Assembly: GCA_038889075.1 (NCBI GenBank)
Contig: JAWAHS010000001.1
Span: 32,001 to 96,000 of the forward strand
DNA length: 64,000 nt
Source of the DNA: Ignisphaera sp.
Lineage (GTDB): Archaea > Thermoproteota > Thermoprotei_A > Sulfolobales > Ignisphaeraceae
Direction: 5' to 3'
Shown: one piece after another, positions 30,142-39,437 of the stretch
How positions within the stretch are numbered: position 1 is the first letter of the stretch
How the letters are laid out: each line of letters begins with the position of its first letter
Translations under genes and position numbers: made by a program
The notes under the pieces: model-generated
The model's database searches: none
What the model was told of the DNA's origin: nothing
The model's input: the letters and a program-made list of their open reading frames with translations, nothing else

Positions 30142-30154
30142 GAAAGCTTATATA
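30142..30154 (+). promoter_or_regulatory. BRE-TATA promoter of the thermosome gene
   Basis: GAAAG-CTTATATA about 35 nt upstream of the ATG; GGTG SD. Confidence 0.6.
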
Positions 30155-30188
30155 GAACCTCTGCAGTTGAACCCAATTGGTGTAAGAT

Positions 30189-31880
30189 ATGGCACTGTAT
30201 GGAGTACCTGTACTGATACTTAAGGAGGGCACATCCAGAACACATGGGAAGGAGGCATTAAGAGCTAATATAATGGCGGCTAGGGTGCTTGCAGAAATAT
30301 TACGTACTAGCCTAGGTCCTAGAGGACTGGATAAGATGCTTGTAGATAGTTTCGGAGATATAACAGTAACAAATGACGGAGCTGCTATAGTTAAGGAAAT
30401 AGAAGTTCAGCATCCATCGGCAAAGCTATTGGTAGAGGCGGCTAAGGCCGTTGACGCTGAGGTTGGTGATGGTACAACATCAGTTGTAGTACTGGCCGGT
30501 TCGCTGCTAGAAAAGGCTGAACAACTTCTCGATCAAGGGGTACATCCAACAACGATTATAGAAGGCTATAAGAAGGCTCTCAATAAAGCATTAGAGATAC
30601 TCGATGAAATAGGTATTAAAGTAACTGTTGGAAATCTTGAAAAACAAGAGGATAGAGAGAGAGCTAAGCAGGAATTGAAGAAAGCATTACATACAGCCCT
30701 TGCTAGTAAGTATATAGCAACACCTGATGTTATAGATAAGTTGATGGACATGATCCTTGAGGCAGCATTTACAGTAGCAGAGAGAAGAGATGATGGTACA
30801 TATGATGTTAAGCTTGATATGGTTAAAATAGAAAAGAAGAGAGGAGGAAGCTTACTGGATAGTCAGCTTGTCTATGGTATTGTTCTTGATAAGGAGGTTG
30901 TGCATCCAGCAATGCCTAGAAGGGTTGAGAATGCAAGAATAGCACTCCTAGATGCACCACTAGAGATAGAAAAGCCAGACATAACAGCAAAAATAAACAT
31001 AACATCACCCGAACAAATAAGGTCGTTCCTAGAAGAAGAAGCGAAGATTCTTAGGGATATGGTTGAGAAGCTTGCTTCTGTTGGTGCTACGGTTGTTATA
31101 TGTCAGAAGGGTATTGATGATGTTGCTCAGCACTATCTTGCTAAAAAGGGTATTATGGCTGTTAGAAGGGTTAAGAGAAGCGATATGGAGAAGCTAGAGA
31201 GAGCAACAGGAGGAAGAATAGTTACAAGTGTAAGAGATTTGACTGAGAGGGATTTGGGTGTTTGTGAGGTTGTTGAGGAGAGGAGGGTAGGAAACGATAA
31301 GATGGTGTTTGTAGAGAGGTGTAAGAATCCAAGAGCTGTAACAATACTACTGAGAGGGGCTAATGACATGCTCTTAGATGAAGTTGAAAGAAGTATAAAT
31401 GATGGTCTAAATACTGTAAGAAATATTCTGAGAGATCCTAAGATTGCATTTGGAGGAGGTGCTGTAGAAATCGAGGTTGCTATGAGGTTACGTAAATGGG
31501 CTGAAAGCGTTGGTGGCAGGGAACAACTTGCTATTTTAGCGTTTGCTGATGCATTAGAGGAGATACCTTCGATCTTAGCGCAAACAGCTGGTATGGATGT
31601 ACTGGGAACCATAATGGAGCTAAGAAGACATCATGCAGAAGGAAAAATAACAGCTGGTGTAGACGTTATTAATGGCAAGGTTACAGAAGATATTAGTGTA
31701 CTAAATGTAGTAGAGCCTGTAATAGTTAAGAAACAAATTATAAAAAGTGCAACAGAAACAGCTTCAGCCATCCTAAAGATAGATGATGTAATAGCAGCGT
31801 CTCCAAAGAGAGAAGAAAAGGGTAAGAAGGAAGAGAAGAAGGAGGAAGAGGAGACAGGTAGCAAATTACCACAATACTAA
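30189..31880 (+). CDS. ths: Thermosome (group II chaperonin) subunit
   Basis: [32 protein letters not shown]. Confidence 0.97.
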   Translation: MALYGVPVLILKEGTSRTHGKEALRANIMAARVLAEILRTSLGPRGLDKMLVDSFGDITVTNDGAAIVKEIEVQHPSAKLLVEAAKAVDAEVGDGTTSVVVLAGSLLEKAEQLLDQGVHPTTIIEGYKKALNKALEILDEIGIKVTVGNLEKQEDRERAKQELKKALHTALASKYIATPDVIDKLMDMILEAAFTVAERRDDGTYDVKLDMVKIEKKRGGSLLDSQLVYGIVLDKEVVHPAMPRRVENARIALLDAPLEIEKPDITAKINITSPEQIRSFLEEEAKILRDMVEKLASVGATVVICQKGIDDVAQHYLAKKGIMAVRRVKRSDMEKLERATGGRIVTSVRDLTERDLGVCEVVEERRVGNDKMVFVERCKNPRAVTILLRGANDMLLDEVERSINDGLNTVRNILRDPKIAFGGGAVEIEVAMRLRKWAESVGGREQLAILAFADALEEIPSILAQTAGMDVLGTIMELRRHHAEGKITAGVDVINGKVTEDISVLNVVEPVIVKKQIIKSATETASAILKIDDVIAASPKREEKGKKEEKKEEEETGSKLPQY

Positions 31881-32010
31881 AACACTCATTTTATAGAGAA
31901 TAATCTCCGTGTACTATAGTGGGATTTTTATTAAACCACAAATTCATGAAACCTTTTTTTATCGTTCTCTAAAACACTTCCACTGCCTGAGTCTTACACG
32001 GTGACCTATT

Positions 32011-32367
32011 TTGACTGAAAAATCTGACAGTAGAACTACCATTGTCCGCAAAATTGACGATATTACTATTGGACCAAAAAGATTAACAAAGTATGAAAGG
32101 GCCAGGATCATTGCAGCAAGAGCCATGCAGTTGGCCATGGGTGCTCCTCCTCTTATAGATGTATCGAAGCTAAAATCTAGGGATCCTATAATTATTGCAG
32201 AGCAAGAGCTCTTAGCAGGAATATTACCCATATTAATAAAACGTGAAAAACCCAATGGAGAGTACCAACTTATACCATTAAAAATCTTGACAGAAATCGA
32301 ACAAAAGAAGGTAAAGAAGATTGAAACACTTTCAATGAAAATCTTTGGAGAGGAAATATGGCAATGA
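32011..32367 (+). CDS. rpoK: RNA polymerase subunit Rpo6/K
   Basis: LTKYERARIIAARAMQLAMGAP, DPIIIAEQEL. Confidence 0.95.
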   Translation: MTEKSDSRTTIVRKIDDITIGPKRLTKYERARIIAARAMQLAMGAPPLIDVSKLKSRDPIIIAEQELLAGILPILIKREKPNGEYQLIPLKILTEIEQKKVKKIETLSMKIFGEEIWQ

Positions 32368-32443
32368 TTCATATTTTGTACTATTTGATATGATAAATTA
32401 TTTTAAACAGACCTACGATTTTAAGTAGTCTCCATGGATTAAG

Positions 32444-34480
32444 ATGCACGGTCTTCCATACAGTTATACACTAGTTATAGCTGAAAAGCCTAAGGCAGCG
32501 GAAAAAATAGCGAAAGCTCTCGGAAGAGCTAGTAAGAGAAGAATATTAGGCATACCTATATGGATCGTGAATCAAGCAGGAAAGAACTACATTATAGCCT
32601 CAGCCGCTGGTCATCTCTACTCATTGCACACAGATGAGAAAGGGTATCCTGTTTTTAATTACAAATGGGTACCCAGGTATCGTGTAGATAAGAATGGTAA
32701 ACATACATACAGATTTCTTAAGGTACTCAGTATCTTATTTAGAAACGCTAGTGAATACATAAATGCATGTGATTATGATATAGAGGGTTCTTTAATAGGG
32801 TATCTAATAATTAAGCACTTAGGCGATGTTAGAAAAGCGAAGAGGGTCAAATTCTCTAGCTTGACTACACATGAAATTTTGAAAGCATTTGCCAGTCTTC
32901 TACCTATGGATTCTGAAATGATTGAGGCAGGATATTGTAGACATGTTCTCGACTGGATATGGGGTATAAACGTATCCAGAATGTTAATGGATCTATATTT
33001 CAAGGCATTCAAAGTAAAAAGAATACTAAGTGCAGGACGGGTTCAAACACCTACATTAGCTTATGCTACTGATATAATTCTTCAGAGAAAACTTCATGTA
33101 CCAATACCACTGATATACCCAATTATATGGATTGATATAAATGGAACGGAGTACAAGGTCAACTTAATTGATGAACCATTTAAATCATTAGAGGAAGCTA
33201 AGCACTATATGGAAGGTGTTAAGAAGGATCCATTTGCAAGAGTAATAGATATAAAGATGAGAACTGAGGAACTTCAACCACCACATCCATTTAATCTACC
33301 AGATCTCCAAGTCGAAGCATACAAAGTATATGGCTTTACACCATATAGGACACAGAAATTAGCAGAGGATTTATATCTAGAGGCATTAATTAGCTATCCT
33401 AGGACAAATAGTCAGAAGCTACCAGCATCATTAGATAATAAAGAGATACTTAAAAAACTTGCGGAAAATACTACGTATAGAGACTATATCGAAGACCTAT
33501 TTAGAGAGACAAAAGGTGTGTTAAAACCAAATAATGGAGTAAAGGATGATCCAGCTCATCCAGCTATATATCCAACAGGTGAAAGGACCAGTAGTGTGGG
33601 GCTTAGTAGAGATCATATAAAACTATATGATTTAATAGTTAGGAGATACCTGGCCACATTTTCATTGCCTGCAAAAATACAGAGTACGGAGCTGGTATTT
33701 AAGATTGGTAGCCTTAGATATTCACTAAATGGTGTAAGGATAATTCATTATGGCTGGCTTAAATACTATCCATATCACGTATCAGAAAGGATAATTCCAT
33801 ATGAGGGATTGGAGAGGGGAGCAACTTTACCTATTAAGAGATACAAGCTTACGACTAAATATACCCGTATAGCAAGAACTGTGAACAGATATTCTCTCTT
33901 TAAATGGATGGAAGGTGTTGGAATAGGTACAGAGTCAACACGTGCTGAAATTGTAGAACTGTTGTATAGAAGAGGATACTTGATTTACAAATCGAAGAAT
34001 ACAGAGGTATCCGATATAGGTGTGATGATTGTTAGCATACTAAGAAAATATGTGCAAGAACTTATTAGTGTAGATCTTACTAGAAGATTCGAACATTACT
34101 TGGAATTAATAAGGATTGGAAAAGTTAGGTGTGAGGATATAGTTGATGAAGCTAAGCAATTGTTATTAAACCATTTGACAAATATTAAAACTTTTGAAAA
34201 AGATTTGATAAGCGAAATATATAATTACATTCCATACAGTTATAGAGAGCGGGAGAGGGAACCTCTATATAAGAAATGTATAATATGCGGCCGTAGAGCA
34301 GTATATCATGAATTCTGCCTGCTTCATTATACAGCTTTTGAAAGACTCAAAAGCTCCTATGAATATTGGAGGGGATTAGGCTACGACTGGAAGAGCTATA
34401 TAGAGAAGCTCCTAAAATTACACAACACTGGAATATATATAAAGGAGCTGTGCAATTACCTATTAACAGGGAATAAATAG
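32444..34480 (+). CDS. topA: Type IA DNA topoisomerase
   Basis: IAEKP, DYDIEG, SAGRVQTPT, ISYPRT (catalytic Tyr), AHPAIYPT, GIGTESTR. Confidence 0.96.
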   Translation: MHGLPYSYTLVIAEKPKAAEKIAKALGRASKRRILGIPIWIVNQAGKNYIIASAAGHLYSLHTDEKGYPVFNYKWVPRYRVDKNGKHTYRFLKVLSILFRNASEYINACDYDIEGSLIGYLIIKHLGDVRKAKRVKFSSLTTHEILKAFASLLPMDSEMIEAGYCRHVLDWIWGINVSRMLMDLYFKAFKVKRILSAGRVQTPTLAYATDIILQRKLHVPIPLIYPIIWIDINGTEYKVNLIDEPFKSLEEAKHYMEGVKKDPFARVIDIKMRTEELQPPHPFNLPDLQVEAYKVYGFTPYRTQKLAEDLYLEALISYPRTNSQKLPASLDNKEILKKLAENTTYRDYIEDLFRETKGVLKPNNGVKDDPAHPAIYPTGERTSSVGLSRDHIKLYDLIVRRYLATFSLPAKIQSTELVFKIGSLRYSLNGVRIIHYGWLKYYPYHVSERIIPYEGLERGATLPIKRYKLTTKYTRIARTVNRYSLFKWMEGVGIGTESTRAEIVELLYRRGYLIYKSKNTEVSDIGVMIVSILRKYVQELISVDLTRRFEHYLELIRIGKVRCEDIVDEAKQLLLNHLTNIKTFEKDLISEIYNYIPYSYREREREPLYKKCIICGRRAVYHEFCLLHYTAFERLKSSYEYWRGLGYDWKSYIEKLLKLHNTGIYIKELCNYLLTGNK

Positions 34481-34500
34481 AAATCAGGGCATCTTCATAA

Positions 34501-35028
34501 TTAGTTGTGAATTAATAATCCTGTTACCTTAAATATAGTTCCGCCAATATTTAGTATTTTACCTACTATTCTGGTATCATCTATACCTCTGTTGACGCCC
34601 TCTAACAATCTAACTACGTATTCCATATATTTATTGGACGTACTATTGATTGTAATACGTTTTGCATCCGGACATTCAATACTCCTTCTATAGACTATGC
34701 TAAGACTATCTATAAATGGATTATTATCACCTTTAGTTACGTATAGGGTTTTATTACCACATTGTAACTTTGCAATAACTCTATGTATTACAAATTCTTC
34801 TCTATCATTCCTATATACAATTACATCGCCAAGATCTATCATATGCGAAGGAATTACGACTACTAAATCACCATCGTGTAGAAGAGGGTACATGCTGCTA
34901 CCTCTTACAATAGCTAATGTTATCTGGCCAAAAAGGTAGTATGCAATGTTTGCATATAGCAAAAATGCTATAATGAGTATTAGAATAGAATTAGATAGTA
35001 TTTTTATAAACTTCCTTAAACCGTGCAA
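34501..35028 (-). CDS. sec11: Signal peptidase I (Sec11-type)
   Basis: N-terminal TM, GSSMYP, GDL, VIHRV, TKGDNN. Confidence 0.92.
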   Translation of the reverse strand: MHGLRKFIKILSNSILILIIAFLLYANIAYYLFGQITLAIVRGSSMYPLLHDGDLVVVIPSHMIDLGDVIVYRNDREEFVIHRVIAKLQCGNKTLYVTKGDNNPFIDSLSIVYRRSIECPDAKRITINSTSNKYMEYVVRLLEGVNRGIDDTRIVGKILNIGGTIFKVTGLLIHN

Positions 35029-35029
35029 A

Positions 35030-35353
35030 TCATTCTTCCTCTAAAATTTCCTTGAGATCTAATTCTATAACAGCGGGTTTACGAGTTTCCTTCTCTTCAC
35101 TAGATAACTTTAGTCCCTTACCTTTCGAACTTTCGATCTCAATGCTATCACCACCCACCTTCATTTTAGATATAACAGCTCGCCACTTATAGTTGCAAGA
35201 GGGGCATTCGTAAGCTCCCATTACTGTAATTGTTATTCTGCCGCTGCTGTCAGGCATTGGTGCAACTAGCTGCCATGTTCTCTTCGGCGAGGATACTATG
35301 GTACTGCATCTTGGACATATATTAGGATTTTGTTGACGAGTCTTTCTAGGCAT
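35030..35353 (-). CDS. Cren7-family protein, extended Zn-binding paralog
   Basis: PKRTWQLVAP..G..V.G.YECP..KWRAVI resembles the Cren7 core; extra CPRC/CPSC and acidic tail. Confidence 0.65.
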   Translation of the reverse strand: MPRKTRQQNPNICPRCSTIVSSPKRTWQLVAPMPDSSGRITITVMGAYECPSCNYKWRAVISKMKVGGDSIEIESSKGKGLKLSSEEKETRKPAVIELDLKEILEEE

Positions 35354-35472
35354 GGTTTTGCACTGATATATTCAGTATAATTGAGGATATATAAGTTTAA
35401 TCTATTCCAATGAATATGATCAAAAACCTTTTTAACCATGAGTTCGCAACCTCTATAGTCTTAGGGATCTAC

Positions 35473-36765
35473 ATGTCCAATGCATATATAATTAAATATG
35501 TAGATTCTCTGCAAGTGATTGACTCTAGGGGAGATCCTACTGTAGAGGTTATTGTAGAGACAGTTGGAGGTGGAATAGGGAGAGCAATTGCGCCTGCAGG
35601 TGCGTCCAGGGGTAAGTATGAGGCTATAGAGCTTAGAGATGGCGATCTATCTAGGTACAAGGGTAGAGGGGTAGAGAAAGCAGTAAACAATGTAATAAAT
35701 TTCATAGCTCCAGTTATTCAAGGTCTTGACTCAAGAAAACAGAGAGAGATAGATAAGGTAATCATTCAAGTAGATGGCACACAAAATAAGGGGAGGCTGG
35801 GAGCTAACGCCATTATAGCAACGAGCCTTGCTGTAGCTAAGGCAGCAGCTGATACATCTAAAACGCCTCTATTTCAGTATTTAGGTGGATTAAGAGCACG
35901 AGTACTTCCTGTACCGATGTTGAATATAATTAATGGTGGTGCACATGCTGGTAATAAATTAGCTGTACAGGAGTTCATGATCGTACCTATAAATTTTGAT
36001 AGATTTTCTGAGGCTTTAAGAGCCGCTATAGAAGTTTACAAGGAGTTGAAAAATGTTTTGAAAGAAACATACGGTGCCCAAGCTATAAATGTGGGTGATG
36101 AAGGAGGATTTGCACCACCAATGAGATTTGTAAGGGAGGCTATAGAAGCATTATTAATAGCTATCAAGAAATGCGGATACGATTATGAGCATCAAATTAG
36201 AATCTCATTAGATGCTGCAGCTTCTCAATTCTACGATGAAAGTAAAAATATGTATAGAATTGATGATAGAGATTTGAAACCTGAAGAGCTATTAGAATAC
36301 TGGAAGGCTCTTACATCAGAATTTCCAATACTAAGTATTGAGGATCCGTTTCAAGAGGGTGATTTTGAGAGTTATGCAGCACTCAGAAAGGAAGTTAAAG
36401 ATAAAATAATAGTTATTGGTGACGATCTAACTGTAACAAATACTGAAATGCTTAGAAAAGCATTAAACATGAAGGCAGTGACAGGGGTCATTGTAAAGCC
36501 TAATCAAGTTGGTACACTCACTGAGGCACTAGACTTTATAGAGTTGGCAAGGTCAAACGGAATCGCAACCATAATTAGTCATAGGAGCGGTGAAAGCGAG
36601 GATAATTCAATAGCTCATATTGCTGTTGCAGTAAATGGTCCATTTATAAAAACAGGAGCACCTGCCAGAGGTGAACGTACTGCCAAATATAATGAATTAC
36701 TTAGAATAGAAAAATATCTGTCATCGGAGTCTGTATATGCAGGGAAAGTATATAGTTTTTCGTAG
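35473..36765 (+). CDS. eno: Enolase
   Basis: DSRGDPTVEV, INGGAHA, QEFMI, GDEGGFAP, VKPNQVGT, SHRSGE, KYNELLRIE. Start moved to ATG 35473. Confidence 0.97.
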   Translation: MSNAYIIKYVDSLQVIDSRGDPTVEVIVETVGGGIGRAIAPAGASRGKYEAIELRDGDLSRYKGRGVEKAVNNVINFIAPVIQGLDSRKQREIDKVIIQVDGTQNKGRLGANAIIATSLAVAKAAADTSKTPLFQYLGGLRARVLPVPMLNIINGGAHAGNKLAVQEFMIVPINFDRFSEALRAAIEVYKELKNVLKETYGAQAINVGDEGGFAPPMRFVREAIEALLIAIKKCGYDYEHQIRISLDAAASQFYDESKNMYRIDDRDLKPEELLEYWKALTSEFPILSIEDPFQEGDFESYAALRKEVKDKIIVIGDDLTVTNTEMLRKALNMKAVTGVIVKPNQVGTLTEALDFIELARSNGIATIISHRSGESEDNSIAHIAVAVNGPFIKTGAPARGERTAKYNELLRIEKYLSSESVYAGKVYSFS

Positions 36766-36808
36766 AACTAGATAGAAATGAAACTCAATACCTAAACGAT
36801 TTGTATGG

Positions 36809-36864
36809 TCAGCCACGGGTTCACACATCATGATGCAAACTCAGTAGCGCCTCAGCATCATCAC
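36809..36864 (-). ncRNA. Box C/D guide sRNA
   Basis: Minus strand: GTGATGA-tgctgaggcgcta-CTGA-gtttgcatc-ATGATGT-gtgaacccgtgg-CTGA; TTTATA about 20-25 nt upstream. Confidence 0.8.
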
Positions 36865-36935
36865 ACAGTTTAAACCAATTAGTATAAAGCCTAAAAATTC
36901 TTATAATTGGACAGTATATTAGGTAGGAAAATAAT

Positions 36936-38093
36936 ATGGTTACAAATCTTCCTGCAGAGGCAAAAGCAAAGTTTTCCAAATATATGGAAGCAAAAACTCC
37001 TGAAGAAAAACTTAGAGCGCTACAGGAGTTCCTTGCAGCAGTACCTAAACATAAAGGTACGGAGAATCTTGTAAGATGGATCAGAAAAAGAATGTCAGAA
37101 CTTAGGGAGGAAATAAAGGAAAGAGAAAGAAAGAAATCAGGTGGAGGAATATCAATATTTATTGAGAAGGAAGGGGCCGCCCAAATAATTATTATGGGAT
37201 TTACAAAGGTCGGTAAAAGTGCACTTCTAAAGATGCTTACAGGTGCCAATGTTACGGTCTCTGATATACCCTATACAACAAAAACTCCTGTTGTTGGTAT
37301 GCTGAATCATGAAGATGTACAATTTCAACTGATCGAAGTTCCTTCAATAATACCTGCGGGAGGCACATGGAATACCAGAAGTCTCAGCTTAGCAAGAAAT
37401 AGTGATGGATTAGCCATAGTTTTAGATGCATCCAGAGATTTCATTAATGATTTTAAAGAGATAAACAATTTCCTCAGCGAACATGGCATCTACACTGTTA
37501 AGCCCCGTGGATATATAGAGATCGAGCGTAGGCACGATGGAGGAATAAGGATTGTAAATTACGGAAGATTACAGTGTCCAGAATCCGAGGTTATTAAATT
37601 GATGAACAGTTACAGAATATATAATGCTGTTATAAAGATATATGGTGAAGCTGGTTTAGATGAGATTGAAAAAGCCATCTATGAAAACATATTGTATAAA
37701 CCAACAATAGTTATTCTAAACAAAATAGATCTCTTACAATCTCAAGTTATTCTAGATAAATTTAGAGAGCTACTACCTCCTGAGATACCATTAGTAAAAA
37801 CATCTGCCTTAAAAGGTATTGGATTTGACGATGTGGGTCGAACAATATTTCAAACTCTTAAGATAATAAGAATATACACAAAACCTCCTACGGGCAAACC
37901 GTCAATGAAGCCGCTTATATTAAGGAAAGGAGCTACAGTACTCGATGTAGCTAAAGCAATACATAAAGAATTCGTAGAAAAATTTAGCTACGCAAGAATA
38001 TGGGGGCCGTCAGCAAAATATCCAGGTCAGAAAGTTGGTTTAGACCATGTAGTAGAAGACAAGGATATTGTTGAAATAAATATTAGAAAATGA
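36936..38093 (+). CDS. OBG-family DRG-type GTPase with TGS domain
   Basis: VPKHKGTE, GFTKVGKS, PYTT, LNKID, RIYTK, VAKAIH. Confidence 0.92.
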   Translation: MVTNLPAEAKAKFSKYMEAKTPEEKLRALQEFLAAVPKHKGTENLVRWIRKRMSELREEIKERERKKSGGGISIFIEKEGAAQIIIMGFTKVGKSALLKMLTGANVTVSDIPYTTKTPVVGMLNHEDVQFQLIEVPSIIPAGGTWNTRSLSLARNSDGLAIVLDASRDFINDFKEINNFLSEHGIYTVKPRGYIEIERRHDGGIRIVNYGRLQCPESEVIKLMNSYRIYNAVIKIYGEAGLDEIEKAIYENILYKPTIVILNKIDLLQSQVILDKFRELLPPEIPLVKTSALKGIGFDDVGRTIFQTLKIIRIYTKPPTGKPSMKPLILRKGATVLDVAKAIHKEFVEKFSYARIWGPSAKYPGQKVGLDHVVEDKDIVEINIRK

Positions 38094-38169
38094 ATATCAG
38101 CTATACTCCAGCAAGCAATTCATTATAGCTTATATTCTACGCTTCCCATAATATGGCTGGTGACTAATA

Positions 38170-38484
38170 GTGTCAATCATAAAGAAAATAATCCTTGTAA
38201 CAGCTAAACACCTACCCCAGCACAAATATTTTGAAAAATTAGCCAATGAACTTGCCAATGAATTGAATGTTGAGCTCAGCATAGTGGAGGAGGATTATGT
38301 ATTTGTCAATACATATGGTGAAAAGGATGAACTCGGCTTGGCATGGCTTCCACAGCTATTTGTCGTAATTGATAGTATGATAAAACCGGTACTCACTAGA
38401 TTACCAATAAATGAAAGAACCCTAGAATTTGATATGGAGAAGGCTAAACAGATGATTAAAGAAGTTCTAGGTCTAACGTCCTAG
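38170..38484 (+). CDS. Hypothetical crenarchaeal protein, thioredoxin-like fold
   Basis: EEDY..GEKDELG..WLPQLF motif; GGTGA SD. Confidence 0.7.
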   Translation: MSIIKKIILVTAKHLPQHKYFEKLANELANELNVELSIVEEDYVFVNTYGEKDELGLAWLPQLFVVIDSMIKPVLTRLPINERTLEFDMEKAKQMIKEVLGLTS

Positions 38485-38510
38485 ACAATCAAATAAGCAA
38501 TTTTCAATTA

Positions 38511-38945
38511 CTATTCTTCAGTTTCTTCTTCTGCCTCCTCTTGTGATGTAACATTCTTGGCTAATTCTACAATTTTCTCTGCAACATAATCATCAATGTA
38601 CGGACTTACAATGAATACCTTTGAATCTACAATATTATCGTCAATCCATTGATTTTCAAAACTTATTAGGTACACAGGTATTTCAAAGGATGCAGAGTCA
38701 CCTTTACGTTTAAGATTGAATTGTGAGTACATCTCGTACTGTTCTCTTGTGATTGGTAGCCTGATGGTTATTTCCTGTTTATGCCTAACAATTATCAAAT
38801 CGGATTTTACGGGATCCCATACCTCAAGCGTCTTCAGTATTACATTCTTTAGAACATTATTTATTTCACCTTCCATTATCTGCTTATCTTTTATTTCACC
38901 TTCCTCGGCTCTTATTATGAGCAGCTTCATGGTATAGGCACCCAA
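38511..38945 (-). CDS. Conserved crenarchaeal protein (DUF2286-like)
   Basis: WDPVKSDLII, EIPVYLISFEN, PYID; acidic tail. Confidence 0.72.
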   Translation of the reverse strand: MGAYTMKLLIIRAEEGEIKDKQIMEGEINNVLKNVILKTLEVWDPVKSDLIIVRHKQEITIRLPITREQYEMYSQFNLKRKGDSASFEIPVYLISFENQWIDDNIVDSKVFIVSPYIDDYVAEKIVELAKNVTSQEEAEEETEE

Positions 38946-39015
38946 GCTCCTTCAGTTAGGCTTTAACTAAAAACTACTTTATATATTTTTATATGAAGTA
39001 TGTGAACGCAGTATT

Positions 39016-39261
39016 CTATGGTATTAGAATTGAAAGTGTTATGAACACAGCTCCCAATGCAAGTAGCACTATGCCTAGGTACTTGACCTTCATTCCAAGG
39101 AATGCTTTAGTAAGCCTTACGAAGCCTACTGAAATATAATAGAGCAATACTATGGTAACTAATATTATTCCTATCCAGGCAAAGATTTTAGCAATATTGC
39201 TACTACTTCCATATAGTACTGCAAAATGGTTTAGCACACTATTTAGTTCTTCTAGACCCAT
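39016..39261 (-). CDS. Small membrane protein (two TM)
   Basis: Two hydrophobic helices. Confidence 0.7.
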   Translation of the reverse strand: MGLEELNSVLNHFAVLYGSSSNIAKIFAWIGIILVTIVLLYYISVGFVRLTKAFLGMKVKYLGIVLLALGAVFITLSILIP

Positions 39262-39385
39262 TTATCTCAACCGAGATTTTTATTAATCTAGGAAATAAAA
39301 TATTAAAGTAGTGAGTCCTATAACTATATTTATATATACTATACGAATGCTATAGATGGCATATCGCAGGATCTCTTTATAGAGG

Positions 39386-39437
39386 ATGATGTAGGTTAAA
39401 AGCGCTGAGAAATGTAGTGATGAGGAACCTCATCTGA
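39386..39437 (+). ncRNA. Box C/D guide sRNA
   Basis: C ATGATGT 39386-92, D' CTGA 39405-08, C' GTGATGA 39417-23, D CTGA 39434-37. D' guide AGGTTAAAAGCG is complementary to a tRNA-Lys(UUU)-type anticodon loop, GCTTTTAACC. Confidence 0.8.
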
